A program made the translations under genes and the position numbers. DNA of 64,000 nucleotides from a virus (taxonomy: Duplodnaviria; Heunggongvirae; Uroviricota; Caudoviricetes). Position 1 is the stretch's first letter; each line of letters begins with the position of its first letter. This document shows, in pieces, positions 1 through 11,039 of this stretch. Location: IMG/VR virus record IMGVR_UViG_3300042256_000013, positions 160,001 through 224,000 of that record; one strand, given 5' to 3'. Below the pieces are notes generated by a model. That model ran no database searches and was not told the DNA's origin. It saw only the letters and a list, made by a program, of their open reading frames with translations.

Positions 1-1266
<1,266 letters not shown>

Positions 1267-1293
1267 AAGACGCTCTTAGTAAGTTTTGTAAAG

Positions 1294-1322
1294 ATTATAG
1301 CACAAATATGTTTATCGTTCCA
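1294..1322 (-). promoter_or_regulatory. Phage promoter TGGAAC-N17-TATAAT
   Basis: Minus strand tggaac gataaacatatttgtgc tataat; one of 13 copies. Confidence 0.8.
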
Positions 1323-1373
1323 GTTTTTTATACTTTTTAACCATGTATAGGTAAATATGTATATAACTATTAA

Positions 1374-2111
<738 letters not shown>

Positions 2112-2122
2112 GGAGAATAAGC

Positions 2123-2776
2123 ATGTTTAATCGTAAAGAGAAACCTTCCATATTGGAAAGATTTTTTACTATTGTTGCGTGTTTCGTACTTGGTGTGTTC
2201 GTCCTGATCAACGCGAATTTTATACAAGGTAAAGCCGAAGCAGAAGTTTTCCCAATAATGATGAACAGTGTGTATGCTAGTCAGCAAAACACTCAAAACA
2301 TTAATGTGGAGTTCAGGAAGATGATGATCAAGTATCCTGATATACGTTCTGTGGTTTTATATAAATTCGTACAAGATAACGGAACGTCCATCTATACAGG
2401 TCAAATCAATATAACGTCTGAAACACACGATGGCTCTAAATTACCAGTTGATAGTAATATCAATCCTATGGTAGATAGTACTAACAGTATTCAAGATATT
2501 CTATTGAATAAGATAAACTACGAAAACGTTGCAACAATTCAACTTTTATGTGAGAACAAATTTAATGCATCTCAGCTTTTTTCATGCGAGAGATACAAAA
2601 AGATTGGTTCAAAATATAAAAGTGTAATATCTATACCAATAATCCAAAACGTCGATGTTGGCGTCATTGGATATGTAATGATTACATTGGGTTCAGAATA
2701 CGATAACCTTCAAGTTCAAGATCTTGTAAATGGTTTAAGACCATATATCACAAATGTTCAATTACTTGTCAATTAA
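2123..2776 (+). CDS. T4 holin T-like protein, paralog 2
   Basis: N-terminal TM; VVLYKFVQDN..IYTG and VISIPI...IGYVMITL parallel the upstream paralog; strong RBS aaggag. Confidence 0.5.
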   Translation: MFNRKEKPSILERFFTIVACFVLGVFVLINANFIQGKAEAEVFPIMMNSVYASQQNTQNINVEFRKMMIKYPDIRSVVLYKFVQDNGTSIYTGQINITSETHDGSKLPVDSNINPMVDSTNSIQDILLNKINYENVATIQLLCENKFNASQLFSCERYKKIGSKYKSVISIPIIQNVDVGVIGYVMITLGSEYDNLQVQDLVNGLRPYITNVQLLVN

Positions 2777-2778
2777 TA

Positions 2779-2807
2779 TAAAAGGGAGCCTTTAAAGCTC
2801 CCTTTTT
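2779..2807. terminator. Bidirectional intrinsic terminator
   Basis: aaaagggagc-ctttaaa-gctccctttt between convergent genes. Confidence 0.85.
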
Positions 2808-2811
2808 GTTT

Positions 2812-3519
2812 TTAAACGTTAATAAACTTCTGTAGATCCGGTTCAAAGAAGTCAAGACCTTTCAGTACTTTACCATCTTTAGCACGACGAATTACAAAAT
2901 AAGAAGTATCATTAACTTGAACTTCAAAACCTTCAGCACCAATATAATCTTCTGGTTTTTCTTCCTGGCGTTGAGCAATACTCTTAGCACATTCATGAGC
3001 ACTTTTACAGAACTTAGCCATATTAGATGCGTGAACTTCTTTGAAAGCTCCAGGCAAATCAAAACCATGTTGAAGTGCTAAATCGATAGTGCTATAAATG
3101 AGACTGTTTAAACCACTTTGAATAGTACGAAGATCTCCCATTAATAATCCACGAGTAGTTTTTTCGTAAGAATCATTAATGTGTTTCATCATAGTGTTAG
3201 CAACACTCAGTCTGAGCAATGTGCTCTTTGAACGTTTTGGAATTTCATAAATTGCTGGCTCGATACCAAAGGTAGCAAGAGCACCATAAGCAACGTACAG
3301 AACGTCACAAATACCATCAAGAATTCCTTTCAAATCATCTTTTTCGATACTATCAAATAGTTCATTCTTTCCAGCCATTTCTTCTTTAATCAAAGAAAGG
3401 CGGAAGTTACCAACTTTAGTTGTAGGTTCAACGAAAGTAGTGTTTACTTTTTGTCCAGCAACAGTCATAAATTCGACTACCGCATCAAATTGTTCTTTGG
3501 TATTTGTTGTTTCAAACAT
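2812..3519 (-). CDS. MazG-like / PRA-PH family NTP pyrophosphohydrolase
   Basis: LIKEE..EL...DGICDVLYVAYG, AFKEVHASNMAK, DGKVLKG..FFEPDL (DR2231-type motifs). Confidence 0.8.
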   Translation of the reverse strand: MFETTNTKEQFDAVVEFMTVAGQKVNTTFVEPTTKVGNFRLSLIKEEMAGKNELFDSIEKDDLKGILDGICDVLYVAYGALATFGIEPAIYEIPKRSKSTLLRLSVANTMMKHINDSYEKTTRGLLMGDLRTIQSGLNSLIYSTIDLALQHGFDLPGAFKEVHASNMAKFCKSAHECAKSIAQRQEEKPEDYIGAEGFEVQVNDTSYFVIRRAKDGKVLKGLDFFEPDLQKFINV

Positions 3520-3896
3520 TACCATTCTCCATAATATGCGTCACCATAAACAACGGTGACTTTTCCTATTTCTGCAAAATTTGGTTCCATTTCTGATAAA
3601 ATCAGAAGTAGACCTTTGCAGTACTCTTTAATAAAATTCTCACTGAATTCGGAAGTTTTAATTTGGAACATCACGTTAGTTGCCGTTAGACTTCCACTAA
3701 CAAAAATGTTATCATCATATTCATACATAGCATCCAGAAGTTCATATTCTAATGGATTATCAAAGAGTCCTGCTGAAAAATCAATAGAAACTAAAGTTTC
3801 AGAAAACTCAGCTAAATGTAACTTTTTCAATGAACGTTTACTACGAAGCGTAGTCTTTGGATATTTTTCTTTTACTTTTTCAAATGAGTACTGCAT
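3519..3896 (-). CDS. YggL/DUF469-like protein
   Basis: RSKRSLKKLHLAEFSE resembles YggL RSRRLRKKMHIDEFQE; ends in DAYYGEW. Confidence 0.6.
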   Translation of the reverse strand: MQYSFEKVKEKYPKTTLRSKRSLKKLHLAEFSETLVSIDFSAGLFDNPLEYELLDAMYEYDDNIFVSGSLTATNVMFQIKTSEFSENFIKEYCKGLLLILSEMEPNFAEIGKVTVVYGDAYYGEW

Positions 3897-3907
3897 TATG
3901 CTTTCTC

Positions 3908-4138
3908 TTATTTGCGATTCTGACGACGAGACTGACGAGCAACTTTATTCGCAGCACGGCGTTTAGTTTTGATTTTACGTTTTTCGGCTACATCAGAATC
4001 TTTCTTCATGTAAAAATTAGATAGACGTGCAATCATTTTTCGTGTATATTCCATTTCTTCAGCGGTCATTTCGTATCCGGTGATTTCTTCTGAAGCTTCG
4101 ATATTTTTTTCTACCATTTTATTCAGTTCGTTGTTCAT
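3908..4138 (-). CDS. Hypothetical protein with basic C-terminal tail
   Basis: Start moved to MNNELN because the track start (4174) lies in the promoter -10; tail KRKIKTKRRAANKVARQSRRQNRK. Confidence 0.65.
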   Translation of the reverse strand: MNNELNKMVEKNIEASEEITGYEMTAEEMEYTRKMIARLSNFYMKKDSDVAEKRKIKTKRRAANKVARQSRRQNRK

Positions 4139-4172
4139 TGTGATATTTTCCTTTTCACTGTTTAACATGTTC

Positions 4173-4201
4173 ATTATAGCACAAAAAATTATTCGGTTTC
4201 A
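4173..4201 (-). promoter_or_regulatory. Phage promoter TGAAAC-N17-TATAAT
   Basis: tgaaac cgaataattttttgtgc tataat. Confidence 0.8.
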
Positions 4202-4401
4202 TCTTTTTTATCTTTAAGTATTGGAGAGAAAAAGATGATTTTATCCGTTGGGATATGTTCTAAAGTGTTTAAGACAATTCCATTATCACGAGCATCAATA
4301 ACATATCCAGTTATATTAATTTTATCCACCAAATAGAAGGTGTATTGATATTCAGGGTCGAAAGTAAAAATATCTTTTACTTGAGGTTGTGTGTTAGCCA
4401 T
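4189..4401 (-). CDS. Small Sm/Hfq-like protein (putative)
   Basis: MANTQPQVKDIF...YTFYLVDKINITGYVIDARDNGIVLNT vs Hfq MAKGQSLQDPF...[28 protein letters not shown]. Confidence 0.45.
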   Translation of the reverse strand: MANTQPQVKDIFTFDPEYQYTFYLVDKINITGYVIDARDNGIVLNTLEHIPTDKIIFFSPILKDKKDETE

Positions 4402-4415
4402 ATATTTTATCCATG

Positions 4416-4437
4416 AAAAAGGAGGCAATGCCTCCTG
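4416..4437 (-). terminator. Intrinsic terminator after nrdB
   Basis: aggaggc-att-gcctcct followed by T tract on the minus strand. Confidence 0.75.
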
Positions 4438-4440
4438 TTA

Positions 4441-5562
4441 TTATAATTCAAATCCTTGGAATGATTCTTCAGAAACATCATTATCAACTCCACCAATTAG
4501 GTAAGAACTAATTTCAGTTTCTTGTGGAGCTACTTGTACATCTGCTCCAGTAATCCAATCCACTGTCCAAGGTAGAGGATTGTTTTGACCAATGCTATAA
4601 GGACATTTAATACCTACAGCACTCATACGTTTACAACCAATCCAACGAACATATTGTTTTAGAATTGTTGCGTTTAGTCCAATGATAGAACCATCTTTGA
4701 ATAGGAAGTCAGCCCATTCTTCTTCTTGTTTGATTGCATCCATGAACATTGTTTGAACTTCATCATAACATTCATCTGCAATCTTAGCAAAGTCAGGATC
4801 TTCTTTCTTCATTAGGCGTAGCATCATTTGCGTAGCACCTAAGTGAATATTTTCATCACGACAGATAAAACGAATAATTTTCGCATTACCTTCCATCTTT
4901 TCATTCTCGGCAAAACTCCAAGAACATGCAAAGGATACGTAAAAACGAATTCCTTCTAAGATATTAATGCTATTGATACATAGCCAAAGTTTTTTCTTTA
5001 GCTCATATAAATCAACAATAACTTCTTCTCCGTTTACATTGTGCGTACCTTCACCAAGCATACGATACTTAAGAATATAATCATCCAAGTCATCATAGTA
5101 CTTTGCAATGTCTTCAGCACAATCTGTAATTTCAGGAATATCCAACATCGTATCAAATACTTCTGATGGATTTGGATAAACGTTACGAATAATATGTGTA
5201 TAAGAACGACTATGAATACTTTCAAAGAACGCCCATGTTTCAATAAACGATTCAATCTCTGGCAGAGATGCAATTGGTAGTAAAGCAAGATTAGGACCAC
5301 GACCCTGTACTGAGTCAAGAAGAATCTGACGCTTCAAGTTCGCAGTAAAGATATGTTTCTCATGTTCTTGTAATGCTTTAAAATCAATACGGTCTTTAGA
5401 TAAATCTACTTCTTGAGGACGCCAGAAAAAACTTTGATGGCTTTCAGTCATTTTCTCAAATGGTGCATATTTTACTGCATCATAACGTTGAATATCAACT
5501 GACTCATCTAAGAACATATTTTTTAGTAGATGAGAAGTTTCATTCTTTTTAAATACTGACAT
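4441..5562 (-). CDS. nrdB: Ribonucleotide reductase class Ia beta subunit
   Basis: FFWRPQEVDLSKD, QILLDSVQGR, ESIHSRSYTHI, LEGIRFYVSFACS, RDENIH, VAPQETE. Confidence 0.98.
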   Translation of the reverse strand: MSVFKKNETSHLLKNMFLDESVDIQRYDAVKYAPFEKMTESHQSFFWRPQEVDLSKDRIDFKALQEHEKHIFTANLKRQILLDSVQGRGPNLALLPIASLPEIESFIETWAFFESIHSRSYTHIIRNVYPNPSEVFDTMLDIPEITDCAEDIAKYYDDLDDYILKYRMLGEGTHNVNGEEVIVDLYELKKKLWLCINSINILEGIRFYVSFACSWSFAENEKMEGNAKIIRFICRDENIHLGATQMMLRLMKKEDPDFAKIADECYDEVQTMFMDAIKQEEEWADFLFKDGSIIGLNATILKQYVRWIGCKRMSAVGIKCPYSIGQNNPLPWTVDWITGADVQVAPQETEISSYLIGGVDNDVSEESFQGFEL

Positions 5563-5571
5563 TGTATTTCC

Positions 5572-6345
5572 TTATGTGTTAATCTTTTTACCAAGTTTCC
5601 ATGAAAGCCAGTGAATATCACGTTGTCCATCTTTGGTAGTATTGTGTAGTGTTAATAGTTCGTTCCAAGTAAGAACAGTACTGTCAGATGGAGTATGTGC
5701 ATGATAACGAACCATACCATCTTCACATGGGTCAAAAGCAAGAATTTGTGCACCAGTAATAGTTTTTGCTGGTGGTTCTAACCCAAGCAACTCACGAACA
5801 TCATCTTCAATTATTTGAAAAACTGCAATTGCAGCAATGCTTAGTTCTGACCATTTTTCTTTGATGAAGTCCACGGTTAATTGCTGATATTTAGAAATAT
5901 AATTCTTATCCAGATATTCCCATTTCTCTTTGATAAAATCTACTGCCATTGTTTGGTATCTTGAAATTTCTCCAGCAACTTTATCAGAAAAGGCAACTAA
6001 TTGTTCCCATTTTTCTGAAAGAAAATCTTGAGTTAATTTTTGATACTTTGCAATTGTTTCTACGGCAGTACTTTCAAAGTCAGCCCATTTTTCTTTAATC
6101 CATTCAATAGGCATAACAACATATTGTGCTATGATATTTTTATTGAACCATTCCCATTTATCTTTGATGAAATCCATTGTCATTGTTTGATAACGTACTA
6201 ACGCATTAGCATCAAGTTTATGGAAATGTTTTTCAATAAAATCTTGTGGCAACTTCTGATACTGAACAACTTGGTTCATATCTAAGTCTTCCCAAAATTC
6301 TTCAATGAAATCTAAATCCATTGGTTTTGTATAATCAACTTTCAT
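5572..6345 (-). CDS. Tryptophan-repeat protein (about 7 x 23-aa repeats) plus small C-terminal domain
   Basis: Repeats of the form YQxLxxDFIKEKWxxL. Confidence 0.75.
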   Translation of the reverse strand: MKVDYTKPMDLDFIEEFWEDLDMNQVVQYQKLPQDFIEKHFHKLDANALVRYQTMTMDFIKDKWEWFNKNIIAQYVVMPIEWIKEKWADFESTAVETIAKYQKLTQDFLSEKWEQLVAFSDKVAGEISRYQTMAVDFIKEKWEYLDKNYISKYQQLTVDFIKEKWSELSIAAIAVFQIIEDDVRELLGLEPPAKTITGAQILAFDPCEDGMVRYHAHTPSDSTVLTWNELLTLHNTTKDGQRDIHWLSWKLGKKINT

Positions 6346-6357
6346 TTATATATCCGA

Positions 6358-6383
6358 CAAAAATCCCCTCACATGGAGGGGAT
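6358..6383 (-). terminator. Intrinsic terminator after nrdA
   Basis: atcccctc-catgt-gaggggat then tttt on the minus strand. Confidence 0.75.
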
Positions 6384-6389
6384 CTCAAT

Positions 6390-8714
6390 TTAAATCTTAC
6401 AGCTATCGCAATCATCTTCTTCAGCTTCCATCGGAGGAAGAAGTACTACAATACCTTTTTCTTTCTTTTCACCTTCAAGCTTATCTAAATCTACTTCACC
6501 TGAACCATCATTGGTGTTCATGTAATATAAATTCTTAAGACCGTACTTGTAAGCTAAGAGTAATTCTGTAAGTAACATATCCATAGACAATTTACCATTT
6601 GGATAATTAGCTGGATTGTAACTTGTGTTAGCACTAATACTCTGATCGATATATTTTTGTAGAACTCCACAAATCTTAATATAACCTTCGTTACTTGTTT
6701 GATCCCAAAGTAATGTGTACTTGTTTTTAAGTTTACCAATCTCTGGCACAACTTGTTTCAAGATACCATCTTTTGATGCTTTAACTGAAACCAAATTACG
6801 TGGTGGTTCAATACCGTTAGTACTGTTACTAATTTGTGCAGATGTTTCTGCTGGCATTAAAGCCATAGTTGTTGCGTTACGAATACCATGAATAGCAATC
6901 TCTGCACGTAAACCTTCCCAATCCATCTTCAATTCAGTACCAACAAGTGAGTCAATACTTTTCTTATAATTGTCAATTGGTAGGATACCTTTAGCATAAC
7001 GTAGGTTTTCGAATTTCTCACAACGACCTTTTTCTTTTGCTAATTGTACTGATGATTTAATCAAATAGTAAGACCATGCTTCTGACCATTCGTTAACAGT
7101 CTCTAATGCACCGTCATCGTAACGTAGACCGCGTTTAGCAAGGAAGTACGCTAGGTTGATGATTCCTACACCTAATGGACGATAAGCCTTTGTAGCTCGT
7201 TCTGCGTGGATTACAGGGTATTCCTGATAATCTAGTAGAGCATCTAATGCACGTACTGATAGATCACATGCTTCTTCCATTTGTTCAGGTGTATCGAAAT
7301 TACCCCAATTGATTGCGGCAAGAGTACAAAGACTAATTAGTCCATCTTCATCATCTTTAACATCTTCAAATGGAATAGATGGAAGTGCAATTTCTTGACA
7401 CAAGTTACTTTGTTCAATTGGTGCAACTGATGGATCAAATGGTGAATGTTCATTTACAAGATCAATGTTTTGAACATAGATACGACCAGTTTCAGTACGT
7501 TCAGTCATTAACTGCGTGAATACTTCAATTGCTGGAAGAGTCTTTTTGCGAATACTTGGATCTGCTTCATATTTTTGATATAATACATCAAATTTATCTT
7601 GATCTGCACAAAATGCTTCATACAATCCAGGAACGTCACTTGGTGAGAAGAATGTAATATTTTTACGTTGAATTAAACGTTGGTACAAAGTTTTATTAAT
7701 TTGGAAACAGTAATCTAATTGACGAACGCGAGATACTTCCGTTCCTTTGTTATTCTTCAGTACTACAAGATCTTCGAATTCATAATGCCATAATGGGAAG
7801 TGAACTGTCGCTGCACCACCACGAACACCACCTTGTGAACATGATTTTACAGTTTTAGCAACTGCGTGTAGAAATGGAATCAAACCTGTATGAACTGCAT
7901 CACCACCACGAATTTCGGTTCCTACTGCACGAATGCGACCATAGTTAACACCTAATCCAGCTTTCTTCGAAATGTACTTCATGATAGCACTATTACCAGC
8001 ACTGATGCTGTCTAAACTATCACCTACGTTCATAACTACGCAAGAACTAAATTGACGAGTATTGGTACGAAGACCAGCCATAATTGGTGTTGGCAGAGAA
8101 ATGTCAAAGTTACTGATTGCATCGTAGAATTTCTTAACCCACTGAATACGATGTTCAGTATAATTCATGAATACGATAGCGGCAATCATCATATATGCCA
8201 TTTGTGGAGTTTCAAAGATTTGGGCTTCTATTCCTTTCTTTGAACGATTCTGTACTAAGTACTTACCTTCCCATTGTTTCATAGCAACAAAGGTAAATTT
8301 ATCATCACGTTTGTGTTTGATATAACGACCAAGTTCTTCTAGTTCATTAGTTGTGTACTTATCCATAATTTCAGAGTCGTACTTACCATTTTGAACTAAT
8401 TTGTTTACGTGGTCTAAAAATTTGATTGGCTCATAAGTTCCATATACTTGCTTACGTAGAGAATAGTTAATCAATCTACCAGCAACATATTGGTAATTAG
8501 AAGTTTCTTCAGAAATGAGTTCTGAAGCGGCTTTGATTAGAATGTCATGAATGGTCTTAGTACTCATACCTTCAAAGAATTGAAGTTGAGAACGCATTTC
8601 AATTTCTGAAACTGAAACACCTGTTAAACCTTCACACGCAAAAAATAAAATCTGGTGAATTTTATCTAGATCTAGTGCTTCCTTTGCACCATTACGTTTA
8701 GTAACGTTAATCAT
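6390..8714 (-). CDS. nrdA: Ribonucleotide reductase class Ia alpha subunit
   Basis: ATP cone (VTKRNG), TPIMAGLRT..RQFSSC, SNLCQEI, LCTLAAIN, MPAETS, C-terminal CDSCKI; uninterrupted. Confidence 0.98.
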   Translation of the reverse strand: MINVTKRNGAKEALDLDKIHQILFFACEGLTGVSVSEIEMRSQLQFFEGMSTKTIHDILIKAASELISEETSNYQYVAGRLINYSLRKQVYGTYEPIKFLDHVNKLVQNGKYDSEIMDKYTTNELEELGRYIKHKRDDKFTFVAMKQWEGKYLVQNRSKKGIEAQIFETPQMAYMMIAAIVFMNYTEHRIQWVKKFYDAISNFDISLPTPIMAGLRTNTRQFSSCVVMNVGDSLDSISAGNSAIMKYISKKAGLGVNYGRIRAVGTEIRGGDAVHTGLIPFLHAVAKTVKSCSQGGVRGGAATVHFPLWHYEFEDLVVLKNNKGTEVSRVRQLDYCFQINKTLYQRLIQRKNITFFSPSDVPGLYEAFCADQDKFDVLYQKYEADPSIRKKTLPAIEVFTQLMTERTETGRIYVQNIDLVNEHSPFDPSVAPIEQSNLCQEIALPSIPFEDVKDDEDGLISLCTLAAINWGNFDTPEQMEEACDLSVRALDALLDYQEYPVIHAERATKAYRPLGVGIINLAYFLAKRGLRYDDGALETVNEWSEAWSYYLIKSSVQLAKEKGRCEKFENLRYAKGILPIDNYKKSIDSLVGTELKMDWEGLRAEIAIHGIRNATTMALMPAETSAQISNSTNGIEPPRNLVSVKASKDGILKQVVPEIGKLKNKYTLLWDQTSNEGYIKICGVLQKYIDQSISANTSYNPANYPNGKLSMDMLLTELLLAYKYGLKNLYYMNTNDGSGEVDLDKLEGEKKEKGIVVLLPPMEAEEDDCDSCKI

Positions 8715-8756
8715 TATACATCCTTGTTGTTGTTTTTCTTAAAAATTGTGGTTCTT

Positions 8757-8764
8757 TATTTATA
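8757..8764 (-). promoter_or_regulatory. T4-type late promoter TATAAATA
   Basis: Exact T4 gp55 consensus upstream of nrdA. Confidence 0.5.
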
Positions 8765-8790
8765 AGGGTCGAAAAAAGGCGGGAGCCTTT

Positions 8791-9369
8791 TTAAATTGCA
8801 TCCCACCCGCGAAGTATGTACTCTACAGTAAAGGCTTCAGCACTATCATTAGATATTGTTACTGCCATTCTGTTTGTTCCTGTATCAAAGTCTGGATCTT
8901 CAAATTCGATCACTACTAGACCTTCAGGTTGATTTGTGTTGTTTTGTTGGGCGATAAGTACTGTACCGTCCTGAACCACAAGTTGTACTGAGCCAGATTC
9001 AAGTAAAGTACTTCCAGTAGCATTACTAAATCCGACATACTCAAGAAATAATCTTGATGTACTTTGTACGTTAACCGTTACTGAACCATTTGCTGGTACT
9101 GTAACTTTATATGGTTTATTAATTAGTTCGTTAAGAATACTCCAAGGTGTAAACTCTGTTAGAATTTCCACATTTTCCTTTCCACTATTTGGGGCATTAT
9201 CCCATGTTCTACCAGCAACAATAGACGCAGGTTCAGAAGAACTAGGTAGGCCGATAAAACAGCGACCTACATCAGTACTAAACCCTATTTGTCCTTTTTC
9301 AAGAGCCAATGGCAAATCACGTTGTTTACCCATACGAACTTGCATTAATGCAATTTCTTTTTGAGCCAT
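8791..9369 (-). CDS. Putative virion protein with Mtd/hyaluronidase N-terminal-like motif
   Basis: QVRMG...LEKGQIGFSTDVGRCFIG resembles tail-appendage attachment motifs. Confidence 0.5.
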   Translation of the reverse strand: MAQKEIALMQVRMGKQRDLPLALEKGQIGFSTDVGRCFIGLPSSSEPASIVAGRTWDNAPNSGKENVEILTEFTPWSILNELINKPYKVTVPANGSVTVNVQSTSRLFLEYVGFSNATGSTLLESGSVQLVVQDGTVLIAQQNNTNQPEGLVVIEFEDPDFDTGTNRMAVTISNDSAEAFTVEYILRGWDAI

Positions 9370-9397
9370 AACTAAAATCTCCTATTAAAGTATAGAA

Positions 9398-9949
9398 TTA
9401 TTTAGTACTTTCGGCTTGAGCTTTAACTTCAGCAATACGCTTTTCAATTAACTCATTTACTTTTGTTCCGTCCACTGAGGATAGAATAGCTGCTGGAATA
9501 GCAGTTTTCAAATGTTTCAAGAATGGAGCAAAAGATTTAAAATCTTTTTCTTTTAATGCTTGTGAAATAATATCCACATCATCCTGAGAACTTTCAGTTC
9601 TGATAATCTGAACTTCATCTTCTGGAATAACTACTGAACTTTGAATTTCTTCAATGATAGCTTGTTGTTCTACAGTATTTGTTTTATATTCAAGTACTGC
9701 TTCATCAACGGTAGTACCTTCTACAGTAGCAGAACCTTGAATCATTAGATCAGCGATTTCTTCAGAAATTTGTTGAACTGTTTTTCCACCACGAGTTTTA
9801 TAATCTTTTATTGCTTGAATTAGTTTTACTGGAAGTGGTAGTTTATCCAGTTCTGAATTGTCTTGCTTGATCAATTCATCAATATCGTAACCCTTAGCTT
9901 GTACAGCTTTGATTGCGAAAATATCTTGTTTCATTGCTCTTAATCCCAT
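9398..9949 (-). CDS. Hypothetical protein
   Basis: ORF in operon; alternative GTG start at 9964. Confidence 0.65.
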   Translation of the reverse strand: MGLRAMKQDIFAIKAVQAKGYDIDELIKQDNSELDKLPLPVKLIQAIKDYKTRGGKTVQQISEEIADLMIQGSATVEGTTVDEAVLEYKTNTVEQQAIIEEIQSSVVIPEDEVQIIRTESSQDDVDIISQALKEKDFKSFAPFLKHLKTAIPAAILSSVDGTKVNELIEKRIAEVKAQAESTK

Positions 9950-9950
9950 T

Positions 9951-10652
9951 TTACATTTCTCCACGTTGAGCGTAATACATTTCTACACGTTCAATCCACA
10001 TATTGATTGCTTCATCAAAATCAGCACCTTCAATAACAAATTCTTGATATTCCAGATTTTCAGGATCTTGTCTAACACAAATAAAAATAACACCGCGATT
10101 AATCGTAGTGTCATGTTGTTGATTATGTGCTAATGCGTATGCTGCAATCTGGAGACGGTAGTTTTCAATATATTCCCACGTCTTAGGTTTACGAGAGTTT
10201 TTATAGTCCATTATACTAGGGATGCCATTATGTATGCCTACTAAGTCCGTAGTTCCAGCCCAAAGTCCTTCATAATATAAAGGTACTTCTTGACCCCATA
10301 CTTCATTAATTTGAGGCCATGCATTTGCCTGTATAACATCAGCCATATTACGAGCCAGTACTCTTATCGGCATTCCACCTTTATGATCTGAATCGCCAAC
10401 TAATCTTCGTTCTAAGTTTTCATGCATGAACGTTCCGACTGTTGTAGCTTCTAATGTTATTTCGTTGGCTTTCTTTTCACCAACTGCGGCTCGCCATTTC
10501 TTCAATCCTTCATTATCAGAAGTGGCACTTAGTATTGTAGTCACGCTTGGCAGGTTTCCGCTTGGGGTAGAATAAAGGCGACCATCTGGGCCGCCTTCAA
10601 TTCGTTCATAACCTGTATACGTGTACTTATTAACAATAGGTGGTATGTACAT
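9951..10652 (-). CDS. PD-(D/E)XK exonuclease (Cas4/lambda-exo-like)
   Basis: LPSVTTIL, GTFMH, EVPLYY..LWAGTTDLVG, IMDYK, YRLQIAAYA. Confidence 0.85.
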   Translation of the reverse strand: MYIPPIVNKYTYTGYERIEGGPDGRLYSTPSGNLPSVTTILSATSDNEGLKKWRAAVGEKKANEITLEATTVGTFMHENLERRLVGDSDHKGGMPIRVLARNMADVIQANAWPQINEVWGQEVPLYYEGLWAGTTDLVGIHNGIPSIMDYKNSRKPKTWEYIENYRLQIAAYALAHNQQHDTTINRGVIFICVRQDPENLEYQEFVIEGADFDEAINMWIERVEMYYAQRGEM

Positions 10653-10665
10653 CCTGTACTCCTAT

Positions 10666-10694
10666 ATTATAGCACATGTTTTTAGTTTGTTTCA
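10666..10694 (-). promoter_or_regulatory. Phage promoter TGAAAC-N17-TATAAT
   Basis: tgaaac aaactaaaaacatgtgc tataat. Confidence 0.8.
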
Positions 10695-11027
10695 AAAATC
10701 TTGTTTTAAATTATTTGCTGCTGCTTTTGTTGCCATGTCCTCTACTTGATCTTCAGAAGATTCAACATTGTCACCACTTGGAGTAGTATCAGTGCCTTGT
10801 AGAGTAACTAAGTCAGAATTTGCATCTTGAACGAATGGTAATTCATTCAGAATGTCCATCATAACATTATAAGGAACATCAATATTAGTACGCTTCTTAA
10901 TCTCATTAATTAGAGATTGAACACTGATCTGTTCCCTGCCAGTGGCAATAAGAGACAGTGCGATAGTACTAATCATGTTCCTAATATCTTTTCCTGGAGC
11001 ATCCTCGGTTATTTGACTATAACGCAT
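10692..11027 (-). CDS. Hypothetical protein (possible head protein)
   Basis: MRYSQITED start resembles a capsid-targeting / (I/L)xE cleavage leader. Confidence 0.6.
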   Translation of the reverse strand: MRYSQITEDAPGKDIRNMISTIALSLIATGREQISVQSLINEIKKRTNIDVPYNVMMDILNELPFVQDANSDLVTLQGTDTTPSGDNVESSEDQVEDMATKAAANNLKQDF

Positions 11028-11039
11028 ATAACCCTCCGA

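Noticed and set aside
3556-3966. 136-aa + strand ORF and the many other short antisense or nested ORFs in the track
   Set aside because: Shadow frames of well-supported genes, lacking RBS and motifs
4441-8714. Introns or inteins in nrdA/nrdB (also checked polymerase, terminase, helicases, UvsX)
   Set aside because: ORFs are continuous and of normal length, with no intein C/S...HN ends or LAGLIDADG/HNH inserts
9951-10652. Cas4-like nuclease as a sign of a CRISPR system
   Set aside because: No repeat-spacer array or other cas genes seen; stand-alone PD-(D/E)XK nucleases are common in large phages
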